Shown here piece by piece: positions 26,901 through 37,359 of a stretch of DNA of 64,000 nucleotides. The position numbers and the translations under genes are program-made. This stretch comes from Podarcis filfolensis (taxonomy: Eukaryota): NCBI GenBank assembly GCA_964270895.1, contig OZ185440.1; one strand, written 5' to 3'. Each line of letters begins with the position of its first letter. The first letter of the stretch is position 1. The notes below the pieces were generated by a model, which had not been told where the DNA came from, did not search any database, and worked only from the letters and a program-made list of their open reading frames with translations.

Positions 26901-29900
26901 ATTGCCACAAACAAGCAGATTTTCATAGTCACAAATTCAGGGAACCTGCCTTCATCTGCATAAAAAGCACATCGGTTGCTCTCTCTCAATTAGATTCGGC
27001 ATAAGCTGAAGAGTAAACAAGAAGCAATGGAAAAGTCTGAAAGAGCCAAACAGCTCCGTGCCCTGAGAAAATACGGCAAAAAGGTGAGAAAAATAGTGTC
27101 AAAAACATAGAAGCCCCCTTGGAATGGAGGAAGCGGGAAAGACACACCCATTGTTTTGATTGGCAGTCTCAGCACTGGAATTCTTGGGCAGAAATATCTA
27201 GAAATATCATGAACAGGACTCCTAGGGTGTGGGAAGGATACATCTGTGTGCAAAAAAGGGGAGCATTTTGGAAAGGACTGGAGAATAGTGGAAGGAAAGG
27301 CTCACTTTTTATTTCTTGTTGGTAGGTCCAAACTGAGGTGCTGCAGAAGAGGCAGAAGGAGAAATCCACAATGCTGAATGCAATCAAGAAATACCAGAAA
27401 GGTGAGGCACTCCACTCCCACTTTATCCTTCACTACTCCCCCCAACCCTTTCTACAGCAGTAGAAAATTGTAGCCCTCTTCAGGCATTCCACTTGCATGT
27501 AAAAGCAACATGAGAGAGGGGATAAGTATGCTCAGCTCCATCACAGTCCCTCCACAAGTTGGGAGGGCACACTTCTGAAGCAGACAGCTTCCTGGGTTGT
27601 GGAAGCTCCCTGCATGATTCAGAGCCCTGCTGTCCCTGTGTTGCTTTTGCATGCAAGTAGAATACCTAAAGGAAGGCTTATGTGTAGTCCATGTTGCAAG
27701 AACTTGGTTTGTGGAAAAGCTTGTTGATACCTCCAGCCACTGCTGCATAGAAAATATAGAAATTATAATCTAGTACTTGAGAGTCTAAATCAGGGGTCAG
27801 CAAACTTTTTTGGCAGGGGGCCAGTCCACTGTCCCTCAGACCTTGTGGGGGGCCAGACTATATTTGGGGGGGTGAACGAATTCCTGTGCCCCACAAATAA
27901 CCCAGAGATGCATTTTAAATAAAAGGACACATTCTACTCCTGTAAAAACACGCTGATTCCCAGACTGTCCGCGGGTCAGATTTAGAAGGTGATTGGGCTG
28001 GATCCGGCCCCCAGGCCTTAGTTTGCCTACCCATGGTCCAAATGCTGCACAATATTCCTGTGCATAGATATACCCCTTTGGGTGATAAAGCAAGCCTTCC
28101 TGCAGTGTTTGTCCTGGAGTTTCTTTTCTGGCTTGGCATGCAGCTCATTTATTCTGTCTTTTATGCAGGTCTTTCAGACAAGCTGGACTTCTTGGAAGGT
28201 GAAAAAGCACCAGCAACTCAGGGAAAGAAGGCAGGGGCTGGAGGCCAGCATAAAAATAAAGGGTAAAGTCTGTGAAGTGCTGGGATGTCTACTAAAACTT
28301 GCATTTCTTTTGCTTTACCATGAATAAGTCTTTTATTGGATCAGTTTTGTTTTGTGTTTAAGTTCTAAGTCCTTCTAATAACAAAAGTCGATCCATTAGC
28401 AGAGCACTGGAGGGGGAGCGAGGCGGCAGCGATGGGGTTGGATTGGCCAAAGGTGTCCCTCTGCCCAGCTCTCTCTCTTTTTTTTTTTATTAAATATTTA
28501 TTGGCATTTTCAAGAAACACACAACAAACAAAAACAAGAAATACACAAAACAAAACAGAAAAAGAAAAAAACAACAACACAAAAATACATAATATTCAAA
28601 ACTAAACAAAAAAAAAGAAAAAAAATAGAAAAAACCACATAAAATTTCTGATACTTATTATTCTTAACCTTATTTCTCAGACCTCCTCACACCTCCCCTT
28701 CTTGTATTCCAATTTAAATTGTCAGTTCAGCAAGTCCTTAACTTATTTCTTTACCTTAACTTAAACATTTGTTCTAACATACTATTGTTTTACTTTACTT
28801 CTTTTTTCCATTTCCTCAATTTATTTCTAACAGCCTTATTTTCAATTAATTTAAAAAGAAAAAACCAATTTTACCTTATTAAAATCACACATCAATACTT
28901 ATACCTCATTAATTATTCTTAAGCCTTTTTCCTAAAGTCGACCAAAATTTCCCTTCCACGATTTACCCAATTTCCTTACCACTAACAAAATATAAAAAGC
29001 AAATTATCCTTATGTACCCTTTGGATTCCCAACCTCCACCCACCCTTCTCCTGGTTCCAGTCCCCAACCAATATCCATCAGTCTTTATGTTATTTATTTA
29101 GCCTGGAGATCTCACGTCCGAGGCCCTTATATCTCTCTCAGTTCCTTTCTGCCGGTCTCTTTGATAGTCCTTGATGTTAAGCCCCAAGTCTCGGGGGGGC
29201 TCCGGCCCAACAGACTCAATGTTGCTTCCAGCCAGTCCTCCATACTTAAAAACAAAGCCTATGGGGTACTCCAACTCTTGTTTCAAATTTCTTTCAGATC
29301 CATGTGTCCCCAAAGCTCCAGCTTTCACCTTCAACAAATTTGTAATCCTCAGGTCTTCAGATCTCCTCCAAAGGGGATCTCTCCATTTTCCAAAGTCCCA
29401 TTCAGACCAGGCTTTCCACATCCAATTTTTATTGTCCTTTTTTATCATCATGTCAGGCCTCATATTGTAGCTCTCCTTTGACTCCTGCAAATCTCCTGCT
29501 CCTCCTTCATTTTCTTCAAAAACAACATATTGCTCCATCATATCTACACTTTCAGTTTCATTTATTTGTTCAGTTGAATAGGCTTCCTGTTTCAAGTCCT
29601 TATCAGGCTCAAAACTGTTGTTTACTGTCCAGTGTAGTAATGATACCTCTGTAGACAAAGCATTGTATTCATCTTGCAAGTTTCCCAAGAGAACGAGTGC
29701 TCTGTCCAATTCTGCTTGGATTTTACATACTCCAGCCATTTTTGTGGTGTAGTGTCCCTATTACCCCTCTAGGGGGATTTTAATTCCTTAATGTTCCTTT
29801 CGGCTCAAAACCAAAAGTCCAGTTATTTTGTATCAGCCCTCCTTATTTTCAACAAGTTGTACCAAATAAACCAGCAAAAACAGCAGAAACAATGTTCTCT

Positions 29901-32076
29901 TTTTCCAGCTGACAGCTCACTTGACAGCTGTCAAAATCCTCAATACAACAGGCTTTCTCATAGGACGTTCCCGGGTCTCGGGGGGGGGTGAAATTTCAGC
30001 TCCCAAAATTCTTTTTATCCTCCAGTGAATCTTCTTATAGTGTCAAAACCGTGAAGTCAGGATCTTTAAACAAGAAACAAATTCTCTCGACCTTAGCTGC
30101 CCAGTCCTTTGCTTTAAATTGTTTACAAAGAGGGGGGGTGGACTTCCTTTTTAGCCCCTTCCCGCTCGTTCCAAATCCAAAATTAAAAATTTTTAAGATT
30201 CCAATCTCCGTATTACTCACGGGTTTATATTTTAGAGTCCAATCGGTCTTGGAAGAAGTTGGCGCTCTCTGTCAATGGCTTGCGGCTTCACTCCGTAGGC
30301 GAGGGAGTACTCTCAGCACCACGCCCCACCCTGCCTCCGTTCCGAAGCCTTTAAAAAGGCTCCGTCGCGGATTGGGGGGGCGCAAATGGTGCCCGCCGAG
30401 TCTCTGTGTTCACAGGCATCCGCACCTGTGATTTTAAGGGTCTCCGCTTCGCCGCAGCGGCCAGACCCAGACGCTACGGAGCCGATTCCCTCCAGAGCTC
30501 GGAGGGAATCCGCCATTAAACAATGGCGCCAACCCGGAAGTCCTTCCTCTGCCCAGCTCTCGCAGCTAAAGCAGCCTCCTGCTAGCTGATGGCAGATGGC
30601 AACTGAGTGGCATGTCATTCCACTGATGTGGCGCTGCCCCTTTCATTTGCAAATGCATGTGCACAAGTGTTGTCAGTGAGGTGCCTGCTGGTGAAAGTCA
30701 CTGAAATTCTCCAAAATGGTGTTTTGGAGGTGGGGAGGGGCTGAGCTGGCCAGTTGGATCCCAAGTTGATCTCACTGCCATCACACCAACAGCATTGGAG
30801 CCCAAGATAAAAATTTCACTTCTTTCATACCTAACATCTAAGACTAATGCCTTCAGAGCGCTTGATCGCTACAGCTAAACTAGCCTAGTAAGAATGAACT
30901 GTCTGAGACCTACAGCCTTAGAACTGTTGCTGTTTGGGTGCACCGAAAAAGCAAACTGACTACTGGCTTCCAGTGTTTCTGTTTGATGCTGAATGAGTAG
31001 CCTTTGCCATTAGGTGTCTGGCAAAGTGGGAAGCGGATTGTGAAGTGTCAGGATGGGGTGTGCGGTGCTGCTTAAAATAATAAAGTACTGAAGTTGGAAT
31101 AATTCCTTTTGAGGGCAGGGAGAGAAAGATAAAAATGTTTGCTGTGGAGCCGGCCAGTTTATTGGGAGAGAGATGGCTAAGTACCCAGCCGTAATTAGCT
31201 GGTTGTTTTTCTTTCAGACCGAGTGCCAAACGACGCTACAAGAATCAGAAGTTTGGTTTTGGTGGCAAGAAGAAAGGGTCAAAATGGAACACTCGAGAAA
31301 GTCACAATGATACGTCCAACTTCCGTGCTAGTGTGGCCCACCACAAGGGTCCTGGAAAAGCAGGGAAAAAGGGTGCCAATGTGAGTACCTACCATGAATT
31401 GTTTTTATTTAGACATTTAGTGTTAATAAACAGAAGTGGCTTATAATAAATTTCCAATGCATTCATTTAATTTGGAGGGATTTTAATCAGGCTACATTTC
31501 TTATGGTTTAGAGTGGGCTCTTAGTATTTATTTATGGCTGCTGTTTATTATATTGAGGGTGTGTGTTTGAGTTTTACTTACATTGCTTTATATATTGCTA
31601 TCTTCTTTTTTAGTGAGCTTTGTAAGGAGGGTATAAATTTATTAAATTTATAAGTGCATAAATTAAATGATTAAAATTTATCAGTGTGTCTTCTGCTGGC
31701 ATAAATAAAAATTAGCTAACAGCTGCCAACTGGGAAAATCTTGCTGTAATCTGGCTGCTAGTAGAGCATTTGCTGAGCTGGTTCACACCTCACATTAAGC
31801 CACAGTAACAAGTAAACCATGGCGTTCTGTGAATGAGCAACAAGCAGTCACTCTGCCCTGCGCCTGGACCCAGAAAAGCAACCCATAAGGCTTGGCTTGC
31901 CATTACATGTGAACCAGCCCATTGTGGTACACAACTCCCCCTCTCCCTCCCTGCCATCACCCTTTCCCTTGTACAGTATAGCTAAGGTGGTAAAATGATA
32001 ACATTCAACTTGTATCTCATTTTAGAAGAGGCCTGGCAAGAAGGTGAGGCAGAAAATGAAGAACCGTTCCCGATAA
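23958..32076 (+). CDS. EBNA1BP2: rRNA-processing protein EBP2; 9 coding exons, 306 aa
   Basis: Exons 23958-24029, 24816-24899, 25560-25726, 25928-26051, 26994-27083, 27326-27401, 28169-28262, 31218-31380, 32026-32076 (921 nt, all GT-AG). Motifs SLVTDRELQDAFSKG, DDFKREMSFYRQAQA, RPDDYFAEMAKSD and KRRYKNQKFGFGGKKKGSKWNT. Head-to-head with CFAP57 as in human. Confidence 0.97.
24276..24339 (+). repeat. 64-bp direct duplicate, copy B (EBNA1BP2 intron 1)
   Basis: 62/64 identical to 15934-15997. Confidence 0.9.
27791..28035. mobile_element. hAT-type MITE
   Basis: caggggtcagcaaac ... gtttgcctacccatg termini; 8-bp TSD gtctaaat/gtccaaat (7/8); same family as 57213-57526. Confidence 0.85.
28474..30545 (-). 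mobile_element. Non-autonomous L1-like (HAL1-like) retroelement, 2.07 kb, apparently full length
   Basis: Perfect 16-bp TSD cctctgcccagctctc at 28458-28473 and 30546-30561. On the minus strand: AATAAA plus an A11 tail (28478-28488), a CpG-rich 5' end starting AAGGACTTCCGGGTTGGCGCC, and a G/T-rich 3' UTR. No RT or endonuclease ORF. Confidence 0.85.
29098..29739 (-). CDS. Intact 213-aa ORF of unknown function inside the retroelement (possible diverged ORF1p)
   Basis: Uninterrupted ATG-to-TAA frame with strong Kozak context (AAAATGG), in element sense. Heptad-like N-terminus, acidic middle, Trp-rich segment. Confidence 0.55.
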   Translation of the reverse strand: MAGVCKIQAELDRALVLLGNLQDEYNALSTEVSLLHWTVNNSFEPDKDLKQEAYSTEQINETESVDMMEQYVVFEENEGGAGDLQESKESYNMRPDMMIKKDNKNWMWKAWSEWDFGKWRDPLWRRSEDLRITNLLKVKAGALGTHGSERNLKQELEYPIGFVFKYGGLAGSNIESVGPEPPRDLGLNIKDYQRDRQKGTERDIRASDVRSPG

Positions 32077-32712
32077 CAAGTAAAATGGGTGACCTTTCCT
32101 TCTTCGTGAAGTGTGACTCCCTACGGAACGTTGGCGTGAAGTGATGCTGACCTGGACAACATAGCCGTTCAGATTGCCATTCAGAGTCAGCAAGTGGTAC
32201 TGCCTGACACAGGGTGTACGCACTTCTCATACATAAATAACAAGCAGATGCTTCTGGTTGCCTATATTTCATACTGATTTGGTCTTTCTTGATCCTCCTT
32301 GTGCAAGATGGTGAATTAAAAAGTCTTGATAGCTTGATCATCCGTGTCAGGTTGGGAGAGATCCTTTCTAGTTTGCATTGGGTCTCACTAAATCCTTCAA
32401 TTTTTTTGGTACCTCATACATAACATCAGCCTGTGTTCTCCCTTGTCACCCAGCAGTGGTGCATGCAGAGTACTAAGCAACAGCTTTTGTATTTCTGCCA
32501 CTTTATGACTTTCTTTGCTAAGGGCATTGGGTCCTCCTCTTCCATTCAACAGCAGAAGCTGGTGGTCTACCAGCAAATAATCACATGAACTACTGTTGCT
32601 GCTCATACCACAACTTCTGGTTGAGAAACAGATTGTCCTATCCACCCACTATAAAAACTGATGACAAAATGAATATGGTGGCAGAAAGAATAGCAGGCAG
32701 TTTCAGGTCAGG

Positions 32713-32718
32713 TTTATT
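32713..32718 (-). terminator. Candidate CFAP144 polyadenylation signal (AATAAA on minus strand)
   Basis: Canonical hexamer about 175 nt after the stop. The convergent EBNA1BP2 has ATTAAA at 32315-32320. Confidence 0.5.
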
Positions 32719-32891
32719 GTAATACTAAATGTTCACATAACACAGGACTTTCCTATACCCACTGCCTTGCACCCTGTGTCAGGCCTCTGTCTTATGCTTT
32801 GCAATAATTAAAAGATGGAGCCCATGGAAGTCTGGAAGCCTAAATTTATGTCTACAGTCCTTCCCTTAAAGTCCTGCAATGCTGTGTTCCT

Positions 32892-35800
32892 TTATCGCTT
32901 ATCTTTTGTCATCCCCTTCAGGCGCCACATAGCAGCCATATATCTGGTGATTTCAGTGCTCCGACTTGGGAAGTATAGCCTGTTGTCATTCCGGTTTACA
33001 CTGATCTGTGAAGGAGAATATTACCATAGTATAAGAACATTTGGCATAAGGGAGGAGCTAGGATTTGAATATTTTCCCCAAACTATCTCCCCATTTGGTA
33101 AAATGTCTAGATTCTGATAGCCAACCAGGTACTCCCTACAAACTTTCAAAGCTTTCTCCATAGCTATAACAGCTTAAAATTATTTTCCTGTAAAGTCTGG
33201 ATTCTTAAAATGCCAGACAACTACACACACCTCCCCAGAAGCTCCTTAAAAACCCACTTACCAAAGGTGAGGAAAACCAGCCGATTTCTTGGCTTTCTGT
33301 TTGTGGTTCTGTGTATTTCTTGTTTGGTTCAAGTGCAGCATGATGAATTAGTTTCAGGAACTTAGCTATAGGGTTAAAGCATTGGCAATGAGACTTGCTT
33401 AGTGTAGACTGGGTGCAAGGCACTTAGATTGCACTGAAATTTTTAGATGTGATGATGCTACAGTGCTCTGTTAAATGCTTATACACTATCAATTTCAATG
33501 TTCTGCGTGCATAACTTATTAGCTTGCACCTTAAGTTTTTACATACATCATTAATTTCACAATGCATATGCTGCCTTTCATGGTCAATTCTCTCAAGTTG
33601 GCTTGCATCAAACAACAACAAAACGATACAACAAAATTAATCATATACCAATAATACCCACCACCTACCCCCTCAAAAAATGTTAGAGGAGTTGAACATG
33701 CTGTTGGTTCCTGCTGTGAATGAGGAAGGACAGCTGCTTTGCCTGTTATGTGAGCAGCATTGCAAGAAAGTTGATATCTTTCGTTCTGTGTGTGTCAAAT
33801 ATCTAGAAACAATGGCAAACCTAGTAAAAATGCAATTGAATTTTCTTTGTATTTCATGACAAGGTCATAGGATAGGATAGCCCACCCTTTGGCAACCTGG
33901 TGCCCTCTAGATGCTTGGGACCACAACTTCCATCAGCCCCAGCCAGTACAATTGTCCTGGTTGGAGCTGATGAAGAGTTGTCATTCAAAACAGCTGGAGG
34001 GCATGAGCTTTGTGAAGGCTGGGATAGCAGGTACTAAATCCTTCTGAAGAACACACTCTTAGCTTGTGTTATGGCTTTGTCTTGTTTCTCTTATTTTCAC
34101 TCGGGCCTAAATTACGTAACGAAAGTGGCATTTGCTTACCATCTTGTTTCCTAATATTTCCAGTAAGTCTTGTACCCTGGCCCTAATTCTAGAATTCCAG
34201 GCACTGCTCTTCTGCACAGAGTATAGCAACTGCATGCTGATGCCTATGCTGCCATGCTCTCACTCTGTAGATGCATGACAGGAGAATGAAGCTTGGAAAA
34301 GATTTTAAGTGAAGTTCACATCTTCTCTAAGGCAGATAGGAGGCCTGCATTGTTCTGGTAAAATGGGATGACTACAGTATTTTGTATAATTTAATAGAAG
34401 TTGCAGAAAACCTCAATTCCCAAAGACATGTCCTCTTGGCTGCTCTACATTTTACCCTTCCTAAAAAGGTTAGCTGTCACTGGCCTTAAGCTAACTTCAT
34501 TGTTGTCCCAAAAGGCTAAACTATATTACAACAGTATTTGCTGGCAATAATTCAAGTTACAAAAAGGCCACAAACCAGTGTCCATCCTGAAACCAATATC
34601 CTGGATAAAGGCATTTCAACATAACAAGCACCATCTAGGTCTCTCAGAACCCTTAGAAAGGTAAAGAATTAAAAAGATGAAATGGGAACTAATCTAGTTG
34701 TTACTTTTAATGAAATAAGATTAAGTTGGAAGTCAAATTTGATAGTATCTCTGTGTGGCTAGGTAAGTTGGGGTTTGTTGCTTTGAATATTGAAGCTTGT
34801 GCTTTTAAATATTTATTTGCAAAAATATATCATTATTAAGAAAAAAACATAATGGCAGTGACTTTTTTCTTAACTTGAAAATTTCAACACTCCAACATAC
34901 ATGGAAAGGAACTGATCCAATAAAAGATTGATCCCAAAAACAAGAAATACAAAAATTGGAGCTATCAGCTGTCTCTTGCCACCTTCCACTTCACATTGTA
35001 TAGTATAATGCTTTTTGGTTTACAGAGGGAGAAAGAGAGTGAAATTTGACGTTTAGACTTCAGTATGGTGCTACATACTTTGCCTTCTTTGATTCATGCT
35101 GGAAAACATTTCATAAATGACTCCTCTCTGTTTCACCAACTTAAATGTAACTGTTTAAAAACATGTGCTTACCATCTGCAGGTTCCTCTAAGTTATCATG
35201 CCAAGAGGTAGGCTTTCGAGTTATGGTGTAAACTAAAGGTAAAAGCAAGATAAGGCAAATTAATCACTAGATAACCTTAAGCAAGGGCAGAGGAAAACTA
35301 ACAAAGCTTAGAAATTTATCATTTTTCCCCCACACCACCCATCTTTGGCAGGAATTTAGGCCTTTTTCTTAAATGCAGGTTTTCAAAGAACCACAAGGAT
35401 ATTTGCATAACTTTTGGGGGTCCCACAGATAGCCATGGGAGACACTACAAAGTCAGTGCATCATTTTAGAGGAAAAGACTGGCACCTGGGATCAAAACCA
35501 GTGGAGAGATTTGTGTAATACGTCAGTTTCCAGAGGGGTAGGCCTGTTAGGGTATGTTTACATTAGTGGCTTAAAATGCAGCAAGGCCTTGCCCCTGCTT
35601 CTGTGTTTCAAGCTGCATTTGCACAGTGGTGTTCACATCGGAGACAGGGCGGGGTTGTCTTCCCACGTGTGAAATCTTTTCAATTTCTTGCCCCTGCAAT
35701 CCCCACCTTCCAACTCCTATTCATGAAGCTGTCATCTGTATAAGTGTGCTCACCTGGGCATGTGAGATAGCTGTCTCAAATGTTCACATTGCTGTTTACT

Positions 35801-36946
35801 CCCCACCCAGTTTTCCAGCTAGATTAAAGCTAAGTTGGGGGTGGATGGGAAATGCATCAAACAATAGTATTTGTCAAGATCAGTATGGATTGTGGCTAAT
35901 GTAGTTTCAATGCGGCTTCAAAAAGCAGTGGGTGCCCTGATGGGGAGTAAGCAGTAATGTGGAGTACGTGGAGGCAAAAGGATATTGTAACAAGCTTTTT
36001 TGATGTGTTTATGAAACGGCTCTTCATAAGTCTTATTGAGTTTTAGGACTGCAAATCCACGCACACAGAAAACTGCAAAGATGTTACCAACAAATGGCTC
36101 TATTCTATGAATCCCTCCTGAATTCAGTTTGGCACTGAGAATGTAGTTTAGGAATATAGGAAGCTGCCTTATACCGAGTCAGACTATTGGTCCATGTAAC
36201 ACAGTATTGTCCACACCAGCTGGCAACAGCTCTCCAGGATTTCAGGGAGGATTTTCTCCCAGCCTCACCTAGAGATGCTGAGGTTGAACTTGAGATCTTC
36301 CGCTTGCACTGAGCTACAGCCCCTCCCCTTTAGTTATTGCACCTAAACGACTCTGATCCTATGGAGATCTAACCGCTCATATTGCAGCTCATATTTCTGC
36401 TTGGGCATTTAAAGTGCAATTTATGTGATAACACAAATTGCTATTGCTGTGAGGGTCAGTCTGCATACATTTAAGGTCTAACTCAACTACCAATACTGCT
36501 TTTGCATTCCTTTCCTACTTGTTTCCAACCTTCAACTTTCCCTCCGTTACACAGATGTGTGTGTATGTGCGCCACAAACCTGTGGATCACACTCTTTAAA
36601 GTGCCACAAACCCCTCTGGTGGTGGTTTTTTGTTTCAGTTTGCAGCAAGTGACTTGATCTTCTAGAAACGTATGACAACCAGCACCCAAACACGGTGCAT
36701 TCGTGGAAAGGGGGAAAACTAGAGCTGGAGTCAAGAGACAGGGGACTGGGAAGCTCCGTCTGCCCGTGAGAAGGGGAGAAGTTTCTCCCCTCCCCCCGAT
36801 ACCCCCGTACCCGTCATCAGGGGGTTCATCGCGTATTCCGTCTGCAGGCGCTGGCATCGTAGCTCCTTCCGGACCGTCTCGCAGAAGATCTTGTTCTGGC
36901 TTACTGGGTCCAATGGTTCCTTTGGGACCCGCACGGCTCCTGCCAT
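32892..36946 (-). CDS. CFAP144: Cilia- and flagella-associated protein 144 (FAM183A); 4 coding exons, 137 aa
   Basis: Exons 36811-36946, 35173-35232, 33262-33365, 32892-33005 (414 nt). [27 protein letters not shown]...QTESQEIGW matches FAM183A as recalled; tail-to-tail with EBNA1BP2 as in human. Confidence 0.93.
36149..36328 (-). mobile_element. tRNA-derived SINE with CR1-like tail (squamate family)
   Basis: ataggaagctgccttataccgagtcagac...actgagctacagcccc. Related copies lie at 38519-38648 and about 56160-56250. Confidence 0.7.
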
Positions 36947-37359
36947 CTGCCGCTATCTGGGTGGGAGGCTATTTAGAACGTGCCCGGAGCGCCCCGAAAT
37001 GCCCTTCGTGTATGTTGCGGGCGGCGTTTCCCCACCTTTTCGTATCCTAGCAACCGAGCGGAACGTCGCAGCCGAAAGTTGCGCCGGGATTCTGACCGCG
37101 CCCCTTCTCTTTTTCATTGGCCGAGGAGTTAAATCTGCCGCAGCGCTGATTGGCTGCTGCGACCCCTGTTAAAGGTTTGAATCCGCTTGCAGCAGAAGCT
37201 AAGGCACGGCTGGAAGAGTTACTTAGGCACATGGGAGAAATAAGTGGCTGCCGAAATCAACGCGAAAGGGAAAGGCAGCAAGAAGTCGGCGTCTTTTCAG
37301 TACAGACATTTTAGCAGGTCTCGACTTCTGCGTTGCCTCCTCGTTTTCAGTCGGACGGA
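36947..37359. promoter_or_regulatory. CFAP144/PIF1 bidirectional promoter
   Basis: 413 bp between ATGs. X-box GTATCCTAGCAAC 37042-37054; inverted CCAAT boxes at 37116-37120 and 37149-37153 (33 bp apart); CHR TTTGAA 37176-37181; splice acceptor ending at 37350. Confidence 0.85.

Noticed and set aside
37333-37359. PIF1 N-terminal extension from the ORF-track start at 37333
   Set aside because: That start is a TTG within a pyrimidine tract ending in the acceptor at 37350; the first ATG in the exon is 37360.
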